From: Octopus vulgaris
Lineage: Eukaryota
DNA: 64,000 nucleotides
Reading direction: 5' to 3'
Assembly (NCBI GenBank): GCA_951406725.2
Contig: OX597816.1
Location: 119,412,001 to 119,476,000 of the forward strand
Each line of letters begins with the position of its first letter. The first letter of the stretch is position 1. Made by a program: the position numbers and the translations under genes. Below the pieces are notes generated by a model. That model was not told the origin of the DNA. It ran no database searches and saw only the letters and a list, made by a program, of their open reading frames with translations. Of the stretch, positions 54,634-64,000 are shown in pieces.

Positions 54634-55414
54634 CAGTGATGTAACCCTGTTCTAAAGTTAGTGGGAGTGTGCACATAAAAAAATACACACACCAAACAAT
54701 GTTTAACTCATTTCTCTTATATAAAGAAATAAATGCGTCCTTTTAAAGCCTAGCCAGGCTCATGGGCCTGTTTTCCCGGTTTCTATAGACGAGACGCCAG
54801 TCTATCGCAGCGTTACTCATTTTTGCCAGCTGAGTGGACTGGAGCAACGTGAAATGAAGTGTTTTGCTCAAGAACACAACCCGTCGCCCGGTCCAGAAAT
54901 CGAAATCATAATCTTACGATCAAGATGCTGACACCCTAACCCCTAAGCCACGCGCCTCCACCATTTCTCTTATATTGCACAAAATATTTTCATTAATTAT
55001 AATATACGTAATTGTATTCAACATCATTAATTTCATGTTTCAATAATAGTGTATGAAACTTACAACTATTGACATAGGTGTGACGTGAGAAAGAAGAACC
55101 TCCGTGGGATCGTCCAGTGTCGAGAGGTTATGACATCAGGGTTTATTTTAGTTCTTCAGTGGCCACCAACACATCACAGGAAATTGAGCAGACAGTTTAA
55201 AAACAGGAGAGGTGGGTCAAATAAATTTAATGACTCCGAGACCATGCGATTAACAAAAAAAAAAGGAAGAAAAGAAAAAGAGATTCGACTTTTATTGTAC
55301 AAGTGAACTAAAGAGTTAAAAACAAATTGTTGAAAAGGCGCCATTTTTGAAAAATGTGCTCGGCGGGGAACGGTCGCCCCCACCCCACTTGCTCCCATAT
55401 TCGCTACGTCACTG
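54634..55414. mobile_element. hAT-superfamily non-autonomous element with a nested SINE
   Basis: TIRs cagtgatgta / tacgtcactg; perfect 8-bp TSD ccaccaac (54626-54633, 55415-55422). Confidence 0.82.
54723..54961 (-). mobile_element. SINE (family B) with 14-bp TSD, nested in the hAT element
   Basis: TSD catttctcttatat at 54709-54722 and 54962-54975; minus-strand head tggaggcgcgtggcttag...gatttcgattt. Confidence 0.88.
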
Positions 55415-56198
55415 CCACCAACTGTCTTTTATTCATACACCCCGACACATGGCACCACCAAACCGCTACACACTGGGATGTCTTGCACATACCAACTACT
55501 AACACCTTACATTAGTTGAACCAACAAGGGAGCTTATACGTGTCCACCCTACCTACTTGAAATAACAGACAAATCTCCCTCAAATCAAGTAACATCGACT
55601 TAGAAAAGCAAACATTTATTTATTATTCTACGATAACCAGTGGGTAAAAATGAGATGTTTATGGCTGGAATGCCTTCAGTCATAAATGTGCTTGATAAGG
55701 GCTGACCTGAAGCTAACCAACAAAAACGAATTTACTTTACTCACCGTAATTCGTACTTGGCCTTCCTTATACATTACTTAAATCTCTGCTCAATCATATA
55801 AATGCTTCTCACATATACTTCACCGGCTCTCACTGCCATCAATAACACACAGACTTCAGTTTTCCACTCACACTGGTTATTTATTTATGTATGTATTTAT
55901 TTATTTCCCTTATCATCATTATTTGCCTTTTGAGCAAAGCTAGATACACTTGTTTTGCTGAAAACGCAACTTCCTGACACGACTACTTCCAGCAATACTA
56001 TTCAAGCTTGTCACATCCCTTAAAGAAGCACCAACTCTTTTCTTTCGCCCTTTTTGTTCCCGTTTGCTCGCTATATTGACTAATGACCCCTGTCCGAAAC
56101 GTTTACTTTTCATTAATTAAATTGCCTTGATATTTTGTTCGTGTTTTTGATTGTTTTTATCAATTTAACTTTGTTTGTGGACATTTACTTTGTGTGTA

Positions 56199-56264
<66 letters not shown>

Positions 56265-56279
56265 ATGTGACCCCATGTA

Positions 56280-56468
56280 AATCGTTGGCGATTTTTTCCT
56301 CCGTCTTCCCTTCCTTGGATCTTTCCTTTTTCTATGTTTCTGACGAAGAGCTCCGCTCGAAACGTTAAATCCTCCTTCTTCCTTTCCTTTCCTGAGCGTT
56401 CAATAACACTATACTTGTTCCACGTCCTCGCGTTGTTGCGTTTTCTCTTTGTGTTTTCATTTTTGGAT

Positions 56469-56472
<4 letters not shown>
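56280..56472 (+). mobile_element. Short HHR-bearing repeat between TA tracts (PLE pLTR-like or retrozyme-like)
   Basis: Same layout as 24170-24350: pyrimidine leader, HHR with GAGC..GCUC stem II, then ttcctgagcg. Confidence 0.7.
56336..56370 (+). ncRNA. Minimal type-I hammerhead ribozyme with intact catalytic core
   Basis: GUUU-CUGACGA-A-GAGC-ucc-GCUC-GAAA-CG-UU-AAAU, with palindromic ACGU in place of stem III. Confidence 0.78.
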
Positions 56473-56526
<54 letters not shown>

Positions 56527-57449
56527 CATATGTATATATGTAGAGACATATATACATATTGTATGTATTGTGTGTGTGTATGTGTCCTTAGACCGAACTG
56601 TACTGAACGTCAGTTTATCCACGTCGTCGTGACAACCTCTGAGCAGAAAACGTTTTCAATGGAGACTTTCTGTACCAAGCTTGTGCCCCCATTACAAATC
56701 TTTTCATTTACACGGCCCTGGGACCGACTAGAATTTTCATTTGAATGACAATGAGGAGGCCGTAATCAGTCCATCATAAAAGAATCGGGTCCAAACCTTA
56801 GCAGGTACTTTATTTTATCGACCCTGAAATGATGAAAGTTAACCGTGGATGGTTTCGAACTCAAAAGGGAAAGACTCGAAACCAATACTGCAATGTCTCT
56901 TGTCTTTTTGACGAGTCTCCCAATCGACTGACTCACAAACATACACAGCCATTCAAAATATGTGTGCGCGCGCGCGAGTATGTTGTGTGTGTGTGTGTGT
57001 GCGTGCGCGCGCGCGGGCGAGCGGGCATGTGTCTGCAAATATATACAGACAAGTACACACACATATGAGTGTCTGTATCATACACACACACACACACACA
57101 CACACATACATAAACACATACATACATACATACATACATACATACATACATACATACATACATACATACATACATACATAAATAAATGCAAATTTCTTAT
57201 AGACCTGCTTGAACATAAAGTCCCTCACCGTGTATAAATGAATACAGAGACTATGAAAAGCTATATTTCGTTATAGCATTCACTTTCCCATACCATTGCA
57301 CCATTAATAACCGATTTGAGATAAACTGCATCTCTACGCATTCTATCTTTGAATTAGAAAGCAATGAAAGTTTTGGAATCAGTAAATGTTGTTGTTGTGT
57401 TTTTAGTTTTTCACTAAAAGCTTATTGATTATTTAAGGTCATTCTAAAA

Positions 57450-57665
57450 GCGGCAAGCTGGCAGAATCATCAGCACCCCGGGTAAAATGCTTAGCAGCAT
57501 TTAGTCCGTCTTTACGCTTTGAGTTCAAATTCCGCTGAGATCGACTTTGCTTTTCATCTTTTCGGGGTCGATAAAATAAGTATCAGTTGAGTATTGGAGT
57601 CAATATAATCGACACACCGCCTCCCCCGAAATTTCTGGTCGTGTGCCAAAATTTGAATTCATTAT
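57450..57665 (+). mobile_element. tRNA-derived SINE (family C), near full length
   Basis: gcggcaagctggcagaatc...gagttcaaattccgc...gactttgcttttcatc.tttcggggtcgataaaataagta. Confidence 0.8.
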
Positions 57666-60029
57666 GTAAGGTTATTCTAAGTATGAGTTATTAGGGTATG
57701 AGTAAGTATGAGTAACTCTATGTTACGCCGAGGAGGTCTCATACGACCGAATGTCTCGAGTTGTCACCCTACATACCAATAAGAGTAAATTTTCACTGTA
57801 CGCTCTCCCCTTCACATTCAATGTTTAATTAATTTGAATTTTGGAGCTGTCTTTTCTTTTGAAAGGAATTATCCTTAATGCTAATTATTTTTCTTTACAT
57901 TACAGATGTAATTTTAATTAATTAAACATTTTCTTTTTGGCTCACTACACTATGTGTGTCCCACCCCTTCTGCCACCTACTTAAGTAATTGAACACTAAT
58001 AATTATTTATATTCCAGCTACTAATAGCTTGTTCTATCTGTTGGCCAGCAGACACATCTTTGAACAGAATCAGCCACCGAACACATCAGTGTTAATAAAC
58101 AATTTAATAACTTTAACTTGATTCAATTACAATTGATATGGCGACCGTTCATAGTTAATATATTCCAGTTAACGTGCGGATTCAAGCTGTTCTGTTGGTT
58201 CGTCTCCAAATTTTGCACAGTTGGCAAAGCATATTGTTGACAATGACAGCGCAAAGCTATCGGCACTATAAACTTTATACGTGTGCAGATCTAATTTAAA
58301 TGTATTCAACCGCCAGTCGGAATTAGCTCGATCACGTGATAAGTTTTTTGTGTAACGCAGTGCATAAAGTCGGTTGATTACTTTCTCATGAATTTTTTAT
58401 TCGCGTTTTCTGATCTTTATATTTATATTTTTATTTCATTTATATCTATATATGTCTGTATATTTTTGTGTGCGTGTGCGCATGCGCGTGTGCATGTGTA
58501 TTTCTTTTTTTTATTAAACTTCTTTGTTTCTGTATCACTCTACAAAGAACACACATTAACTATCATTATTCTCATCAATACACTCCAGCAATCTAAAGGA
58601 AGATGTTAATAGAGGAATATTAAATAAGAAGCTGATGATATTTCAAGCACCATTACACGAAAACCATGGAAGCAAACTACATTAAATTTCTTGGCCAACC
58701 TTTGATATTTACTTGCTTGTGAGCAGCCGTACACTTTGAGCAGGAAGTTGACACCGCCGGGATCGTTTATCTCGGCACCTTTGGTTAGTATATTTGCTCA
58801 TTTGCCACATCATTTAGAAAAGAAGGAAAAGCAGCATCAGCAGAGACAGTCAAGAGACTGGAATAGAATACATGAAGAAGTTGAGGGTTGGTGTGGGGGC
58901 TGTTTAACAAGCTCAAGTACGTTCATGATTTAACAGGTATTTCATTAGGGACTAAACTTTGATCAAATATGGATAACGTAAATCTTTCTAGATGTAACAC
59001 TGTTCTATCAAAACTGAATTTAGGAAGAACGTTGATGTAAATAACGATCACACTCGATTTTGCACGCGCATGTGTGTGTGTATGTGTGTGCGTGCATGTT
59101 CATATATGTGTCTGTGTGTGTGCGCGTGCATGTGCATATGTGTGTGCACGCGCGTGCATTTTCATACGTGTATGTGTGTGCATGCATTTTGATACGTCTG
59201 TGTGTGCATACATGTGCATATGTGCATACATGTGCATATGTACATACGTGATTGTGCATGTGCATACGTCTTTGTGCATGTGCATATATACATATGTAAA
59301 TGTGCATACATATTTATCTGTATGTGAGTATGCGTGTACATACGTATAAGAGCACATGTGTGTATATACGTATATACATGCGTGTATTTACGTATAAGAG
59401 CACATGTGCGTATACGGCTATACATATCCGTGTGTGTATATGTGTATGCGGGTATACATATGTAAGTGTATATACATATTTGTGTATAATGATATATCAT
59501 AATGATATATATACTCTGATTTAAAGAGACATTTCTTATCTAAATGACTGAAAAAGATAATGAGCTAACTCCAACTAGAATCGAACCCACAAATCAATGC
59601 TTGCGCATTTGATTGAGCCTGAGCAGTCATCCCTAAATTTCAGTCAAATTTAATGTATAGAAACGTAACTGTCTAGAATCGCTAGTAATTCTAAACAAAC
59701 CCGAATGCTTAATAAGTTACGGAGATAAAGCTAGTACTAAAGGTGCCATATAAGCGTTGGTTTATGGGTTCGATTCTAGTTGAAGTTAGCTCACCATTTT
59801 TTTCAATCAACTGTTTAAATAAAAAAAAATATCGCGTTAATTCGGAGTATATATATTATTATGATATATTATTATATAATTATTATTGTATAAAAAATGA
59901 CTTTAATAGTCGCCTTATTTCCGTAACTTATCAAGCCCCCAGGTTTGTGTACAAATATTATATACGCATATTATTTACAAATATTATTATACGCAGAGAT
60001 ACCTGGCCTTGCTCGGGATTAAAATGGCA

Positions 60030-60332
60030 TTGTCTTTTTATTATTTTACTTGTTTCAGTCATGTGACTGCGACCATGCTGCAGCACGGCCGTTGCTCAAA
60101 CAAATCCACCACAGGATTTATCCTTTGCAAGCCTAGTACTTATTCCATCAGAGTCTTTTGCCGAAGCGCTAAGTTATAGGAACGTAAGCACAGCAACATC
60201 GGTTGTCAAGCAATTGTGGGGATACAAACATAGATACACACACACACACACACACAAATATATACACATATACAAGACAGTCTTCTATCAGCTTCCGTGT
60301 ACGAAATACACAAGGTTTTGGTCGGCCTGAGG

Positions 60333-60335
<3 letters not shown>
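60030..60335 (-). mobile_element. SINE family A
   Basis: Reverse complement of the family A core and tail. Confidence 0.72.
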
Positions 60336-60365
<30 letters not shown>

Positions 60366-60404
60366 CCAAATATACACATACACACACATATCTATATATC
60401 CATA

Positions 60405-60606
60405 TATTGCTGGTCACAATACGCTTTTCATCGTTCTAGCCTTCGAATGACGCCAGCCCACTGGCTAGGCAAACAGTCCGATATCCGCCCCCCTCGATCG
60501 AAAGCGGGGGACTGGAGTAAAAACACAACGCGCTGTCCGGTCTGGGAATCGAACCCACGATCTAGCAATCGTGAGTGCAACGGCCTAATCACTAGGCCAC
60601 GCGCCT
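60405..60606 (-). mobile_element. tRNA-derived SINE
   Basis: Minus-strand head ggcgcgtggcctagtgattagg...gggttcgattccc. Confidence 0.75.
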
Positions 60607-60669
60607 AATATTTATATATTATATATATTAGAACATCTATTTTCAAAATTTGCCAACGATAGCATTGGT

Positions 60670-61350
60670 GTACACATGGTCGATGCTTTGGTAGTGTTAT
60701 ACAATTGTGATGGCCATCACAATTAGAAACAGTTGTTTCTATCTTAAATTTTTTGGGGCTTAAACTCTCAAATGATGCTAACCTTACTAGGACTGACTTT
60801 TTAGATGTTCTCTGAGACCTCAAAACTAATTTCTATAAGCCCTTTTAAAAGCCTAAGAGAATCTAAAATATAAATGAACGTTCCTGCCACCCCCACCCCA
60901 TTGTATATAAAAACCTAATTCCAAACATTAGCCGCAGAATTACACGTCTTTCTTCTTCTAAAGAAATATTTGAAAAAGCTCACCATATTATTATAAGGTT
61001 CTACAAGATAGCATCTTTACTGATAAAATATTTTATAACCCTTCACCACTTCAGTCAGCTGGTCGTGAGAATAGGTCTCAAAGTTTTATGGTTCCCCTCC
61101 CCGTTAGAAGAAATTTAAGTAAAATATTCCTACATTTATTTGATATTCACTTATCTAGCAGCCATAGATACAGAAAGATATTTAATAGACACACGATTAA
61201 AAATATTTTTTTCTTTTTCCCACCCCGTGTAAAGACCTATTTCAATAAATAGCCGACGACTCGAAACTGCCCTGGATGCATATGCAGAGATAAATGTAAA
61301 TGTCTTCTAGGGCTGGAATGCGATATATCTTCCATTGTTTATGTAACACA
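60670..61350 (+). pseudogene. Decayed PLE-like remnant (similar to 20000-20950)
   Basis: Broken frames such as ISRRITRLSSSKEIFEKA parallel the 20190-20300 segment. Confidence 0.4.
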
Positions 61351-62098
61351 GGTATCAGCAAAGTATGACGATCGCCGAACAGAGATTGAGCGCTACAATG
61401 GATCAATGGAACGAAAAGTTACATCCAGATATAACAACCATGTTTCGACCTTTAGCATTAATGTGTGTGCGTGTGTATCTATCTATTTATCTATCTATAA
61501 ATATATGTGCGTGTATGCATGCATATATATGTGTGAGTGTATGTGTACACACACACGCGCATATATTGGAAATTAAAGACGAAAATAAACTTTAACTTCA
61601 AATGGAAATACTTTCCAGACGAAACCCTAAATTTACAAGTGAAAAAGATCTTCGATGTGTTCACTCGAAAGACTGTGCCTGTTAAAGAACTTAAGAACCT
61701 GCAAAGACTGTAAAAATTCCAAGAACGAGATTTTTTTCTTTATGTCCGCGTTTTAAAAATACATCTTCGTAGGATTTAAAGACAGACCGACGAACACATT
61801 TTAAAATATTCTTATTTGGTTTACGTATTTTTGATATACATGAGTTGTTGCAACATAGTTTATCTCCCCTGTGTTTTTCTATCTGTGTTTCTTTCTGTCT
61901 TTTCGTTTAGTTTCCACTTAAATGTCATTTGATTTGAACGCAGCTTACAAACCGTCTTGTTTTTATAAGCTTGAAAAATGGCGAAATAAATTGACATTTC
62001 GACTAAGAAACCCTGGGTATCTGTATTTTCGTTACAATGTTATATGTATATATATATGTGTGTGTGTGTGTATGTATGTGTGTGTGTGTGTGTGTGTG

Positions 62099-62255
62099 TA
62101 CGAGGTATGCTGAAAAGTTCCTTGCTTTGGGTAAAAGAAAATGCAGGAGGATCAGTTAATTATGATTTTACTCAACATATTCCCCTCTCAGATTCACACC
62201 TATTGCAGCGGCCATTCACTTGTGGTAAGTCCTGTAAAAGAACTCGGATTTGGGC
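62099..62255 (+). mobile_element. Mariner-like terminal fragment
   Basis: Begins TA-cgaggtatgctgaaaagttcc.tgcttt, resembling mariner-family TIRs; no partner TIR was found. Confidence 0.5.
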
Positions 62256-63704
62256 CACGTGAAGCGAAGTGTTGGCACAAGAACACAACACAGTACCTCG
62301 TTCAGTAATCGAAACTGCAATATTGCGACCGCGTGTGCAACACTCTAACCAATTGCCTTACAATATAGTTTGTGTTTTAAGACTGGTATACTTGTACCAC
62401 AGTTTGTTTATTAAGAAACTGCTCCTAAGGAGGTGGGGACCTTCTTTGGCAATGTTCCTTATAATTTATAATCTGTAAGGATCTTCGAGACAAGACGATG
62501 TGTCCTGTAAAAATTATGAGAGTTTATTTGCGAGAGAATGGTTAGGATGACCGATAGGACGCTGGGTAATTAATTTACCAAAAATTAATGGTTCGTATCC
62601 AATTAGTGACTGTGTCTATGCTGTGACTAGTGCGCTAAGCTTTCTCAGTGGTCTCAACCAAGTTAACTCCAAATGAATTATCGTTGTTGTTATTTAACCT
62701 CAAGTTATCTCTTCTTAAGTAAACTTACGATGACCATATTTCTAGACTAGACCATATTTCTGAATGTTCCTTATATATGCCGGTAAGATATGGTCTGAGT
62801 TTCAGTTAGTTGCTTCTTTCGCTGATTCGATATCTAAGGAGATACCGCAGGGTATCTATTAGACATCAAGTAAAAACATCACGGTGATCATATCGTCTAC
62901 AATTTCATCACATAGTAAATATCCTCGTAAGGTAGTTATAGTTACATCGCTAAATTCATCATCAAGCTAAATATATCAGCTGTAAATTCACAGTCATTCT
63001 TTTTATCGGCAGAGTAAATATGCGTCCGAACATTATTTAGAGTTTTTATCCAGTTTTCATTTCATTATTGATTAAATGAAAACTGAGTAAAAACTTAATT
63101 CACAGTTGCACTTCATTAATAATGAAAACGAAATTCAAAAATGAAAAATTATTGTTATTAAATCTACCCGAAATATACATGAAAAACAAATCTAAATCAC
63201 TTTTGAAAATAGAATTACAACATTAGATTGGAGGATGGAAGAGACATTCTAAGAAGCAAATTATGAGCAATGTTTTGGAATTTTGCGATTTTTGAATTCT
63301 CTAGTTCGAAAGTTGTCATTTGCTGGCGGAAAGATGATAAAATTTTAAATTTGAATTGTTTATCCATTGAACAAAATGTAAAATATATTCAGTTTATATA
63401 CAGTATTCGAAAGAATTAGAAAGTTTGCTTTACCTCTATTTTCAATTTCAGAAAAATGAATGCTTTTTAGGAGCTGTATATTGAGCAATTTATTGAAATT
63501 TGGGTTAACTTTCTCACAAAAGGCTTTTAAAAGAATCCTTTTTAATATTGCTCCGATCAAAACTATTTTATTTCGTAATCTGCAAACTAATCTGCGCGCA
63601 CACACACACACACACACATTTATATGTTGTACAATATGCATGCCAATTTACATAAATGACTTCTGTATGAAGAACATTCCCTAGTCAAGGTTTTGTCTCA
63701 TCAT

Positions 63705-64000
63705 CAGTGGCGGACTGGGTGTAAAAATATTGGTTGCCAGGAGACTAAGGGAGACTACCCGCAACAACAAGGAGACCCACCCGCAACTACAAAGAGATCC
63801 ACCCGCAACTACAATGCTACCATTTAATTTATTTTTTTAATTTTTTTACGTTGCAAGTATTCTTTTCAAATGTCTACAAACACAACCAGGCTGAAATAAT
63901 TAATGCATTCTTCCAAAAATGCTCAAACTTGAGGGGATGGGTCCCTTAGATACTAACATGGGCCCCCATATATGGATTCTAATGGCGCAGGGGCCCACTT
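63705..64000 (+). mobile_element. Probable left end of a hAT-like element with three ~21-bp subterminal repeats
   Basis: Starts cagtggcgga; gaga(c/t)ccacccgcaactacaa-like unit occurs three times at ~63752-63815. The right end lies outside the window. Confidence 0.45.

Noticed and set aside
58630-58672. CUGAUGA...GAAA spacing
   Set aside because: The intervening sequence forms no stem II.
63752-63815. CRISPR-like short repeats
   Set aside because: Contiguous tandem units without spacers, eukaryotic context and no cas genes.

Overview
Eukaryotic, AT-rich, microsatellite-saturated genomic DNA. The repeat repertoire and gene look like an octopod cephalopod (inference). One host gene is supported: the first coding exon of an Mnx/HB9-class homeobox gene on the minus strand (6809..6131), whose homeobox exons must lie left of the window. 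The remaining ~57 kb upstream is a gene desert filled with tRNA-derived SINEs, hAT and other MITEs, mariner relics and Penelope-like elements (PLEs), including one uninterrupted 579-aa RT + GIY-YIG ORF. The most notable signal is a set of minimal type-I hammerhead ribozyme (HHR) motifs (canonical core, U3:A8 compensatory core, A-insertion variants). They sit in the PLE 3' region, in long fold-back (inverted) PLE end duplications, and in a ~300-bp element that combines a tRNA-like Pol III head, an HHR, a Penelope-style inverted terminal duplication and a 13-bp target-site duplication, i.e. a candidate PLE-mobilised retrozyme/SINE. Almost all other ORFs in the track are microsatellite artefacts. 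All structures were read by eye; no database searches or folding programs were run.
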